A stretch of 64,000 nucleotides of DNA from Camelus ferus. Taxonomy: Eukaryota. The notes beneath the pieces are model-generated. The model saw nothing but the letters and a program-made list of their open reading frames with translations. It ran no database searches and was not told where the DNA came from. The stretch spans positions 93,374,001-93,438,000 of the forward strand of contig NC_045696.1 in the NCBI RefSeq assembly GCF_009834535.1, read 5' to 3'. Of the stretch, positions 13,551 through 24,526 are shown one piece after another. A program made the position numbers and the translations under genes. The number at the start of each line of letters is the position of its first letter. The stretch's first letter is position 1.

Positions 13551-14900
13551 AATATTATTATTATTTTTAAGTATATTGATACATTTATAATGTTGTGTTA
13601 GTTGATGGTATATAACAAAGTGATTCAGTTATACTTATATATATTCTTTTTCATATTCTTTTCCATTATCAATTATTAAAAAATACTGAATATAGTTCCC
13701 TGTGCTATACAGTAGGACCTTTTTGTTTACCTATTTTATATGTAGCAGTTTGTATCTTCTAATCTCAAACTCCTAATTTATCCCTCCTCCTCCTTCTCCT
13801 TTGGTAACCATAAGTGTATTTTTGATGTCTGTGAGTCTTGTTTCTGTTTTGTAAATAAGTTCATTTGTACCATATTCTAGATTCCACATATAAGTGATGT
13901 CATATGATATTTGTCATTCTCTGTTTGACTTCACTTAGCATGATAATCTCTAGGTCTATCCATGTTGCTGCACATGGCATTATTTCACTCTTTTTTATGA
14001 CTGAGTAGTATTCCATTATATATATATATACCACATCTTTATCCAGTCATCTGTCAATGGACATTTAGGTTGTTTCCATGTCTTGACTACTGTAAATAGT
14101 GCTGCTATCAACATTGGGGTGCATGTATCTTTTTGAATTAAGAGTTTTCTCTGGATATATGCCCAGCAGTGGGATTGCTGGATCATATAGTAAGTCTATT
14201 TTTAGTTTTTTGAGGAATCTCAGAATCTCGATACTGTTTTCCATAATGGCTGCACCAAACTACATTCCCACCAACAGTGTAGGAAGGTTCCTTTTTTTCC
14301 ACACTCTCTCCAATGTTTATTGTTTGCAGACTTCTAATTTTGTTTTAATCTTTAAATTTTTAAAACATTCTTTCTTATAGTTTTTTGGGGGGGGTAATGA
14401 GGTTCATTCATTTATTTATTTTTTTAATGGAGGTACTGGGGATTGAACCTAGGATCTCGTACATGCTAAGCATGCACTCTACCACTGAATAATTCCTTCC
14501 TCCTCTTGTTTGTGACCATCACTTTTAAGTGATGGTCATTCTGATCAATGTGAAGTGATATCTCATTGTAGTTTTGATTTACATTTCTTTTATAATTAGT
14601 GATGTTGAGCATTTTGTGTCTATTGGCCATCTGTATGTTTTCTTCAGGGAAATGTTTGTTAGGTTTTCTGCCCATTTTTGGATTGGGTTATTTTTTTTGT
14701 TGTTATTAAGTTGTATGAGCTGTTTGTATATTCTGGAAATTAAGCCTTGTTGGTTGCATCATTTGCAAATATTTTTTCCCATTCTGTAGTTTGCCTTTTT
14801 TTTTTTTTATGGTTTTCTTTACTGTGCAAAAGCTTATGAGTTTGATTAGGCCCCATTTGTTTATTTTTGCTTTTATTTTTGTTGCCTTGGAAGACTGTAA
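13551..14900 (-). mobile_element. 5'-truncated LINE-1 (ORF2 C-terminus + 3'UTR) interrupted by a SINE
   Basis: collinear with the 3' part of the full-length L1 in this window; flanking repeat aggatactattttaa (13536-13550) / aggatcctattttaa (14901-14915), 1 mismatch. Confidence 0.92.
14335..14505 (-). mobile_element. tRNA-derived SINE, camelid Vic-1-like
   Basis: reverse complement reads tcagtggtagagtgcatgcttagcatg...ggttcaatccccagtacctcc (pol III A/B boxes), then an A-rich tail; similar to 51015-51159. Confidence 0.85.
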
Positions 14901-15930
14901 AGGATCCTATTTTAATCTATTTGCATTATTCTAAAGTGGTAGACAGTTGGCAATATTCTTTCTTGATATATTTTCCATAAATACACAGTTTTCCCAATGC
15001 TTCACTTTTGGTAGTAAAAGAAGAAAAAAAAATATTATTTTAGGCCCAGAAGCAAAGACTAAGAAGGTTATGGGCAAAAAATACATAGTCGCAGTTTCTC
15101 AAATTTAACATAGGTCCAATAAACATTTCCAGTTCCCAGAGCCCATGTTGGTATTCTTCAAAGAATTCCAAGTGCTGTTTGTAACTCAAAAAGACCTCCT
15201 TTACTCTGATAACACCTTGGTGCCAGAGTCTGAAAACGGAGCTGTCAAGTGTCAACATTTTGTGGAGAGGGGTCAAATTAGCATTTCCTCCTGGGAATTT
15301 TCTCCATTTCTCCTTGTTACTGGTCCTGGCACTCAAAGAAAGGCAGGGCTGTTTGTTAGTCCTTAAACCTGGGTGAGAAGGAACGCAGCTTTTTTGCTCT
15401 TAGGAGATGGTAACATTATTTGATGGCAAAAGTGAAAGGGAGATGAAAATTCCCAACTTTGACTTAAATTTTTTCTAAGTTGGCTTATTCAGTACAAGTC
15501 TTAGAAGGCTGTGAAAAAAGGATTAGTGAAACTGTATCATGCTGAGTTTCACTGAAACGCGTTTTTATGGGATTTCACATTTTTGATTCAAACATTCATT
15601 GAACACCTACTCTGTATAAGGCACTGAGAGAAGTAGTCATTTCCCCTGGCAGTCCTTCCCTACACCTACCCCAAGATCATGTAAAATGGTCATCCTATAT
15701 GCTTCAGTGGTAGCCAACATTTACCTTGATCACAGCACCCATTTATTGAAGGTTTTCTAAGTGGGAGACAGTATGCTAGGTCTTGAGATACAGCATCCAC
15801 CTAACAAGTTGTAAGTAACAGAGGGCTGAGATGTAAACAAAAAACACATAAATTGAAATGATATATGCTAACTCTACTGAACAAAAGGGAAATATGTTGA
15901 CTCAGGGAAAGATAGAACTAGGATTCTAGG

Positions 15931-16550
15931 TGAACTAGCAGGACCCTGTGGGGTCTTCCTTGGTACAAATCCTTTCTGTGTCACCTATTTCTTGTTTGTT
16001 ACAAAATCAAATGACTTTGGATATTCCAACCCAGGGGAGACCTGAATGCTATACTTTCATTCCAGATGAAAGTGGAAATATCACAGCATTACTCCGAGAT
16101 ATGAGAAGTCAGATTTATGCAGTAGATGACTCCAGTGCCTATGCTGCTGAAGTCATGTCAAGAGTCTCCAACTGGTTCTCCAATCTGTTTTCCTGGATTC
16201 CGCAGAACCTAAGATCTGTTTTCTCAAGGATGCTGCAGTTCCTTGTCTCCCTGTTGTTTATAGTTCTAGGAGCCTATTTATTTTTTTGACTTATACTTTC
16301 TTATATTTCTCTTCTCTGTAAAAGGACCACTAAGACTCTTCTAAAACCACCTAAGAATTGGTGTGATCATGTTCATTCCTTCCATCAGAAGGATCCCTGG
16401 ACAATGTCCCAATTCAGCAGGAAGCAGCCAGAGGAGATTGGTGCCCATTTCCCTTTTTCCATAGAAATGGAAGGAATGAACTAACAATGGGGATTTGAAA
16501 GAGTGGAAAACTAACAAGATGACTATTGAGATATGTAAGCCTGTCCTTTT
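15931..16550 (+). mobile_element. Composite ERV1-type element, left part (LTR head + env TM relic + PPT-like tract + start of second LTR)
   Basis: head tgaactagcaggaccc resembles LTR starts at 24527 and 38261; env-like frame 15999-16289; aatggggatt|TG at 16496; resumes at 23846 after the L1. Confidence 0.8.
15999..16289 (+). pseudogene. env: Retroviral envelope transmembrane-subunit relic
   Basis: LQNQMTLDI resembles the gamma-type immunosuppressive domain (LQNRxxLD); ECYTFIPDESGNIT resembles the CC..IPD.S.NIT region; Trp-rich stretch followed by hydrophobic MLQFLVSLLFIVLGAYLFF. Confidence 0.8.
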
Positions 16551-17064
16551 TTTTTTTAAACATTTTTTATTGAGTTATAGTCATTTTACAATGTTGTGTC
16601 AAGTTCCAGCGTAGAGCACAATTTTTCACTTATACATGAACATACATATATTCATTGTCACATTTTTTTCGCTGTGAGCTACCACAAGAGCTTGTATATA
16701 TTTCCCTAGGCTATGTGGTATAATCTTGCTTTTTTTTTTTGTTTTTTTTACATTTTTTATTGATTTATAATCATTTTACAATGTTGTGTCAAATTCCAGT
16801 GTTCAGCACAATTTTTCAGTTATGCATGGACATATACACACTCATTGTCACATTTTTTTCTCTGTGAGTTATCACAACATTTTGTGTATATTTCCCTGTG
16901 CTATATACAGTGTAGTCTGTTCTACAATTCTGAAATCCCAGTCTATCCCTTCCCACCCTCCACCCCCCTGGTAACCACAAGTCTGTATTCTCTGTCTGTG
17001 AGTCTATTTCTGTCCTTTATTTACGCTTTGTTTTTGTTTGTTTGTTTGTTTTTGTTTTTGTTTT

Positions 17065-20000
17065 TTAGATTCCACATATGAGCGATCTCATATGGTATTT
17101 TTCTTTCTCTTTCTGGCTTACTTCACTTAGAATGACATTCTCCAGGAGCATCCATGTTGCTGCAAATGGCATTATGTTGTCAGTTTTTATGGCTGAGTAG
17201 TATTCCATTGTATAAATATACCACTCTTCTTTATCCAGTCACCTGTTGATGGACATTTAGGCTGTTTCCATGTTTTGGCTATTGTAAATAGTGCTGCTAT
17301 GAACATTGGGGTGCAGGTGTCATCCTGACGTAGATTTCCTTCTGGATACAAGCCCAGGAGTGGGATTCCTGGGTCATATGGTAAGTCTATTCCTAGTCTT
17401 TTGAGGAATCTCCACACTGTTTTCCATAGTGGCTGCACCAAACTGCATTCCCACCAGCAGTGTAGGAGGGTTCCCCTTTCTCCACAGCCTCTCCAGCATT
17501 TGTCATTTGTGGATTTTTGAATGACGGCCATTCTGACTGGTGTGAGGTGATACCTCATTGTAGTTTTGATTTGCATTTCTCTGATAATTAGTGATATTGA
17601 GCATTTTTTCATGTGCATTTTGATCATTTGTATGTCTTCCTTGGAGAATTGCTTGTTTAGGTCTTCTGCCCATTTTTGGATTGGGTTGTTTATTTTTTTC
17701 TTATTGAGTCGTATGAGCTGCTTATATATTCTGGAGATCAAGCCTTTGTCAGTTTCACTTGCAAAAATTTTCTCCCATTCCGTAGGTTTTCTTCTTGTTT
17801 TATTTCTGGTTTCCTTTGCTGTGCAGAAGCTTGTAAGTTTCATTAGGTCCCATTTGTTTATTCTTGCTTTTATTTCTTCTAGGAGAAAATTTTTGAAATG
17901 TATGTCAGATAATGTTTTGTCTATGTTTTCCTCTAGGAGGTTTATTGTATCTTGTCTTATGTTTAAGTCTTTAATCCATTTTGAGTTGATTTTTGTATAT
18001 GGTGTAAGGGAGTGTTCTAGCTTCATTGTTTTACATGCTGCTGTCCAGTTTTCCCAACACCATTTGCTGAAGAGACTGTCTTTATTCCAATGTATATTCT
18101 TGCCTCCTTTGTCAAAGATGAGTTGACCAAAAGTTTGTGGGTTCATTTCTGGGCTCTCTATTCTGTTCCATTGGTCTATATGTTTTTGTACCAATACCAT
18201 GCTGTCTTGATGACTGTAGCTCTATAGTATTGTCTGAAGTCTGGGAGAGTCATTCCTCCACCCTCTTTCTTTCTCTTCAGTAATGCTTTGGCAATTCTAG
18301 GTCTTTGATGGTTCCATATGAATTTTATGATGATTTTTTCTAGTTCTGTGAAATATGTCCTGGGTAATTGGATAGGGATTGCATTAAATCTGTAGATTGC
18401 CTTGGGCAGTGTGACCATTTTGACAATATTGATTCTTCCAATCCAAGAGCATGGAATATCTTTCCATTTTTTAAAGTCTTCTTAATTTCCTTCATCAATG
18501 GTTTATAGTTTTCTGTGTATAATTCTTTCACCTCCTTGGTTAGATTTATTCCCAGATATTTTATTACTTTGGGTGCTGTTTTAAAGGGGATTGTTTCTTT
18601 ACTTTCTTCTTCTGTTGATTTATTGTTAGTGTAAAGAAATGCAACTGATTTTTTGAACGTTAATTTTGTAACCTGCTACCTTGCTGAATTCTTCAATCAG
18701 CTCTAGTAGCTTTTGTGTGGACCTTTTAGGGTTTTCTATGTATAGTAACATGTCATCAGCATATAATGACACTTTTACCTCTTCTTTTCCAATTTGGATC
18801 CCTTTTATTTCTTTCTCTTGCCTGACTGCTGTGGCTAGGACTTCCAGGACTATGTTGAATAGGAGTGGTGATAGTGGGCATCCTTGTCTTGTCCCAGATT
18901 TTAGTGGGAAGCTTTTGAGTTTTTCACCGTTGAGTACTATGCTGGCTGTAGGTTTGTCATATATAGCTTTTATTATGTTGAGATATGTTCCCTCTATACC
19001 CACTTTGGCGAGAGTTTTTATCATAAATGGGTGTTGAATTTTATCAAATGCTTTTTCTGCATCGATTGAGATGATCATGTGGTTTTTGTCCGTTCTCTTG
19101 TTGATGTGATGTATTACACTGATTGATTTGCGTATGTTGAACCAGCCTTGTGTCCCTGGGATGAACCCCACTTGGTCATGATGTATAATCTTTTTTATAT
19201 GTTGTTGGATTCTATTTGCTAAAATTTTGGTGAGGATTTTGGTGTCTATGTTCATCAGTGATAATGGCCTATAATTCTCTTTTTTTGTAGTGTCTTTGCC
19301 TGGTTTTGGTATCAGGGTGATGGTGGCTTCATAGAATGAGTTTGGGAGTATTCCCTCTTTTTCAATCGTCTGGAAGAGTTTGAGAAGGACTGGTACGAGT
19401 TCTTCTTTGTATGTCTGGTAGAATTCCCCGGTGAAGCCGTCTGGTCCTGGACTTTTATTTGTAGGGAGGTTTTTAATTGCTATTTCTATTTCCTTTCTAG
19501 TGATCAGATTGTTCAAGCGTTCAGATTCTTCTTGATTCAGTTTTGGTGGACAGTATGTTTCCAGAAACTTGTCCATCTCCTCTAGGTTATCCAGTTTGGT
19601 TCCGTATAGTTTTTCATAAAATTCTCGTATGATATTCTGTATTTCTATTTTGTTTGTTGTAATTTCTCCATCTTCCTTTCTTATTTTGCTAATTTGTGCT
19701 CTCTCTTTTTTCTTCTTTGTGAGTTTGGCCAGAGGTTTGTCGATTTTATTTACTTTTTCAAAAAACCAGCTTTTGGTTTGGTTGATTTTTTCTAATGTCT
19801 TGTTAATCTCTATTGTATTTAATTCCTCTCTGATCTTTATTATTTCCTTCCTTCTGCTGCTTTTTGGGGCTTTTTGTTCTTCTTTTTCTAATTCATTCAG
19901 GTGGTGGGTCAAATTGTTTATTTGAGGTTGTTCTTTTTTGAAGAAGGCCTGTATCGCTATAAACTTCCCTCTTAGCACTGCCTTTGCTGTGTCCCATAGG

Positions 20001-20855
20001 TTTTGAGTGGTTGTGCTTTCATTATCATTTGTCTCAAGGTATTTTTTAATTTCAGCTTTGATTTCCTCATTGATCCATTGTTTTTTCAATAACATATTGT
20101 TTAATCTCCATGCTTTCCTTTTTTTCTCCTTTGTTTCTCTGTTGTTGATTTCCAGTTTCATGGCATTGTGGTCAGTAAAGATGCTTGAGATAATTTCTAT
20201 CTTCTTAAAATTGTTGAGGTTTCTTTTGTGCCCAAGTACATGATCGATCCTGGAAAATGTTCCATGTGCACTTGAAAAGAATGTATATCCTATTTTTGGG
20301 GGGGTGTAATGCTCTGAAAATATCCACCAAATCTAGTTTTTCTATTGTAGTATTTAATTTCTCTGTTGCCTTGTTTATTTTCTGTCTGGAAGATCTGTCT
20401 AGTGATGTTAATGCAGTGTTAAAATCTCCAACTATGATTGTATTCCCATCAATATCCCTCTTTATCTCTGTTAGTAATTCTTGTATGTACTTAGGTGCTC
20501 CTATATTGGGTGCATATATATTAACGAGTGTAATATCCTCATCTTGTATCACTCCTTTAATCATTATAAAATGTCCTTCTTTATCTTTCTTTATGGCCTT
20601 TGTTTTAAAGTCTATTTTGTCTGAAATCAGTACTGCAACACCTGCTTTTTTGGCTTTTCCATTTGCATGGAATATCCTTTTCCATCCTTTCGCTCTCAAT
20701 CTATATGTGTCCTTCTCCCTAAAGTGGGTCTCTTGTATGCAGCATATTGAAGGTTCTTGCTTTATTATCCAGTCTGCCACTCTGTGTCTTTTGACTGGAG
20801 CATTTAGTCCATTAACATTTACAGTAATTAATGATAGATGTGTGTTTATTGCCAT
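17065..20855 (-). pseudogene. L1 ORF2p (APE endonuclease, reverse transcriptase, Cys-rich domain), frameshifted
   Basis: starts MAINTHLSLITVNVNGLN at 20855; [28 protein letters not shown] and CWRGCGE..HCWWEC motifs; ends ..ICGI* at 17065; frameshifts near 20300, 18650, 18482, 18181, 17225. Confidence 0.97.
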
Positions 20856-21259
20856 TTTGAACTTATCTTTGCAGTTGAATTGGTATATCCTCTTTGTTCC
20901 TTTCTTCTTCCTTTTGTGGTTTGGCAATTTTCCTTTGTATTATCATGGATTTTATTTAATTTCTGTGACTTCTTTGTAAATTTTTGGCTCGTGGTTACCC
21001 TTTTTTGTAAATCTGTCAACCGATAACTATAACTGTTTTTATTAAACTGATAGTAACATGATCTCAAACCCATCCTACTGTTAAAAAAATTTAAAAAAGA
21101 AAGAAAAAAATATTCTATATTTCCCTGCCTCCCTCTCCCACTCTCAGTGATTTGTATGTCTTCTTTTATAATTTCATGTTTACTTTATTTGTAATTCATG
21201 AGTTATCACATTTCCAGTTGTGTGTTTCTCATTTCTGTAGCATCCTGCTGTTTTTCTAT

Positions 21260-22162
21260 TTAGAATAGCCCTTTCAATATTTCTTTTAGCATGGGTTTAG
21301 TGTTGCTAAACTCTTGCAGCTTTTTTTTGTCTGTGAAACTCTTTATTTCTCCTTCTATCCTCAAGGATAGCCTTGCTGGATAAAGGATCCTAGGCTGCAT
21401 CTTTTTTTCATTCAGGGCTTTGGATATATCTTGCCACTCCCTTCTGGCCTGTAGTGTTTGTGTAGAGAAATCAGCTGAGAGCCTTATGGGGGTTCCCTTG
21501 TAACTTACTCTTTGCTTTTCTCTTGCTGCCTTTAGAATCATTTCTTTATCCTTGACTCTGGCCATCTTGATTATGATATGTCTTAGTGTGGGTCTATTTG
21601 GGTTCTTCCTGTTTGGGACCCTCTGAGCTTCCTGTACTTGGATATCTGATTCCTTCTTTAAGTTTGGGAAGTTTTCGGTCATGATTTCTTCAAAAACCTT
21701 TTCAATCCCCTTTGATCTTTCTTCTCCTTCTGGGACCCCTATTATGCAAAGATTGGGACGCTTTATATTATCCCATAGGTCCCTTATGCTATTTTCATTA
21801 TTTTTTATTTGCTTCTCTTGTAGATCTTCTGAATGGGTGCTTTCTATTGCCCTGTCTTCTAGATCACTAATTCGTTCCTCTGCATTATCTAGTCGGCTTT
21901 GCACAGCTATTAGATCATTCCTCATCTCTGTCAATGAGTTTACCCATTCTACTTGGCTCTTCTTTATAGCTTCAGTTTCATTTTTGACATATTTTATATC
22001 TCTAAACGCTATCTCTTTTAATTCCTTCAGCAATTCGATCACTCCTTTTTTGAAACCTTGATCTAGTAGGCTATCGATGTCTATTTCGTTGATCTTTCTT
22101 TCAGGGGATTTCTCTTGTTCTTTTAATTGGGAAAGGTTTTTCTGCTTCTTCATCTTGCTCAT
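21260..22162 (-). CDS. L1 ORF1p (coiled coil, RRM, CTD), 300 aa, open
   Basis: LWDNIKRPNL.IIGVPEGEE, ENFPNL, ILKAAREK, ARREW, YPARLS motifs of mammalian L1 ORF1p. Confidence 0.96.
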   Translation of the reverse strand: MSKMKKQKNLSQLKEQEKSPERKINEIDIDSLLDQGFKKGVIELLKELKEIAFRDIKYVKNETEAIKKSQVEWVNSLTEMRNDLIAVQSRLDNAEERISDLEDRAIESTHSEDLQEKQIKNNENSIRDLWDNIKRPNLCIIGVPEGEERSKGIEKVFEEIMTENFPNLKKESDIQVQEAQRVPNRKNPNRPTLRHIIIKMARVKDKEMILKAAREKQRVSYKGTPIRLSADFSTQTLQARREWQDISKALNEKKMQPRILYPARLSLRIEGEIKSFTDKKKLQEFSNTKPMLKEILKGLF

Positions 22163-22639
22163 ACCTCTTCGGCACTGTGGTTTATGGAGTATCAGTTGTT
22201 TATTTTGGTCCTTAAGGATTTTATCTATCTGATGCCTATTTAGGAATAGAACTTAGGAAAAAAAGAAAAAAAATAAGAGAGAGAGAGAAAGAATTTTAAA
22301 AGAAGGGAGAAAGAGGGTTTGAAAACAGTGTATAATGAATAATAGAAGAGTGAGTTTAAGCAGAGTATTAATCGGGTTGAGACGTCCTTTTAAAACCTTT
22401 ACAAAAAAAGGGGGGGAGATGAATAGATGTATTTGAAACCTGTGTCTAATCAATAGCAGGACATCAAAACCCAAGAGAAATAGAAATGAATTAAGAAGTA
22501 AAGATTAAGAGAGTAATAGAAAATAAAACAGGTAAAAACAGATTTAAAAGAAAAAAAGGGGGGGGGTTCGGTGTTCTCCTGGAGTCTGTGTGCTTTTAAT
22601 GTGAAGTCTTTCTGTCTTCTTCCTGTTTTGGAAGCTCAG

Positions 22640-23832
22640 CTTGCTGTTTTCAGAGGCCCTCCGTTGGTGCCCTCTTCTGTGCTGCTCCCAGCACCTGTCA
22701 GCAAGCAGATCGCGCCTCCTCCTAACACTGGGTCAGGTGCAGCGCTCCTCTGCTGTGGGAGGGCGGGTCGCTGCCCCTCCGGATGCCGCAGTCAGATGTT
22801 GCAGACTGGCCCGGTAGGAGGGCGGGTCGCGCCCCCTCCCAGCACCTCGGTCAGGGGCTGTGTTCCTGCCCGAAATGCTGGGGGGCCGCTCTCCCTCTAC
22901 CTGCGCCGCCGGTAGTTCCGCTCTCTGTGCAGCTGCGCGCTCCGCCCTGGTTGGCGCTCCGCAGGTCGGCTAGGGGAAGACCGAGGGACAGCCCTGTCCC
23001 TGCTCCGAGCCAAAACCCAGCTCCTTGTTTGCCTTTGTGGAGCAAGTTCTCTGAGGGACCAGGATGGAAGGATCCTATCTGCCCCGGGCTGCAGGCCAGT
23101 CTCAGTCTGGCCTTTGAGGCTGCTAAGCCCTTCCGTGCGGATGCAGGTTTCGCCCCCGCCCCCGCCTGAGTGCTCAGCGCGGAGGATATGGCGGCTGTGT
23201 CTGAGCCCCGCCTCTCTTCCCCCGAAAACTTTCCACGGGTTTTCAGAGATGGGGGTGCGCACCCTTCCCCCGAGAGCACATCAACCTTGCTGTTTCATGG
23301 AGGGCCCAGGTTGTTCTGACCTGTGCACCCACAGCCACGGTGCGCAGCCCCTTGCGTTCCCCCGGGGCTGCCTCCGTGCAGCCACTTCAGTCCTCCGCCC
23401 GGCTTGTGCAGCCTGGCCCTGCCCGCCGCTGCCGGCCCGCGTCTCAGGCTGGGTGTCGGGGGGACGCTCTGTGTCCGTTTAACTTAGTTCTGTTAGTCAA
23501 GGGCTGCTCTGTACAGATCCGAGCCTCGGAGGCTCCCCCTCCGTCCCGCTGGCCTCTCAGTTGCAGAGGGGAGACCCAGCGAGCGAGCGCCAGTCCTCCT
23601 TTGCCGCTCCCTCCCCGCGGGACCCGTCCCGCGCTGCTTTGCCTTTTGTTCTTTCTTTTTTCCTTTTCTCCTACCAGATTTTTGGCGTCTTTATCTTTTG
23701 AAGAGGGCGATGTTCTGTCGGAGTTCCACAGGTGCTCTGGTTGGCTGAGTGGGTCTGTAGATGTGGGTCTTGGTGTATTTGTGGGAGAGGGTGACCTGCG
23801 AGCGTCCTTCTACTCCGCCATCTTCTCCGTCC
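22640..23832 (-). promoter_or_regulatory. L1 5'UTR internal promoter / CpG island with YY1 site
   Basis: only strongly GC- and CpG-rich tract in the window; AAGATGGCGG on the minus strand at 23815-23824, ~8 nt from the element 5' end. Confidence 0.9.
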
Positions 23833-23845
23833 AGCCTGTACTTTT

Positions 23846-24244
23846 AGTTAAACTGATCTTATGACTAACATGCTCCCATCCCTGGGCATTCTTTTTTTAG
23901 AATAATTTATCCTTTTACCTTAGAGGTATTGAAAGAAGGATATGGACTGAACCTCAAGAAAATGGGCAGACCCTCCTAAATTCCTCCACAACAACAGCAA
24001 GCTCTTCTCAAGATGAAAGGAATGTAACTGCTCACTCTGATTGTTATTACCCTCCTGTTCCCATTTTTCTATAAAACCCCAGAACCTTTACTCCAAGGTG
24101 GTCTCATAGTCTTTAAGGCATTAACCTGCTGTGACTCTCTTTGCCTGGCACAGCAATAAAGCTGTTCTTTCCTAATTCTCTCAGAACTCTGCCTCCGACT
24201 CTCAATTTGGCTATTGGGGTACAGAGGCCAGTTTTTTGACAACA
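23846..24244 (+). mobile_element. Composite ERV1-type element, right part (rest of LTR)
   Basis: TATAAAA 24070-24076, AATAAA 24155-24160, terminus ttttgacaaCA at 24244. Confidence 0.8.
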
Positions 24245-24526
24245 CAGGTGGCAGGAAATGGTGAGGAGTCTCTTCCATCTTAAATAGCTCTACAGGTTTA
24301 GGGCTTTGCATTTTGGCTCAAATTTAACTTTCTTCAAGGGAGAATACAGTTTGCTTGGCTTGACGCATGGGGTCACCATTTGACTAGAGGCATTTGGATA
24401 GATGGTCTCGGCATACACATCAGTAAAGTGGGAATTCACCCAAAGGGATGAGGATGTGTCACCAAATCAAGAGGAACAGATGCAGACAACCAAAACTCAA
24501 CAAATAAACTCTATACATGGTAATAC

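Larger units (their letters stand above)
16551..23832 (-). mobile_element. Full-length young LINE-1 (~7.3 kb) with doubled 3' end
   Basis: 5'UTR, ORF1, ORF2, 3'UTR and poly(A) in order; TSD agcctgtcctttt (16538-16550) / agcctgtactttt (23833-23845), 1 mismatch. Confidence 0.98.

Noticed and set aside
14408..14490. tRNA-like sequence (also 51086-51159)
   Set aside because: SINE head with A-rich tail and no proper acceptor stem; not a tRNA gene
17566..22061. Long hydrophobic plus-strand ORFs (e.g. 17566-18126, 20257-20979, 21681-22061)
   Set aside because: Antisense shadows of A-rich L1 ORFs, typical of L1
22571..23864. Overlapping 114-174 aa ORFs on both strands, possible ORF0 analogue
   Set aside because: Expected from stop-poor GC-rich 5'UTR sequence; no recognisable domain
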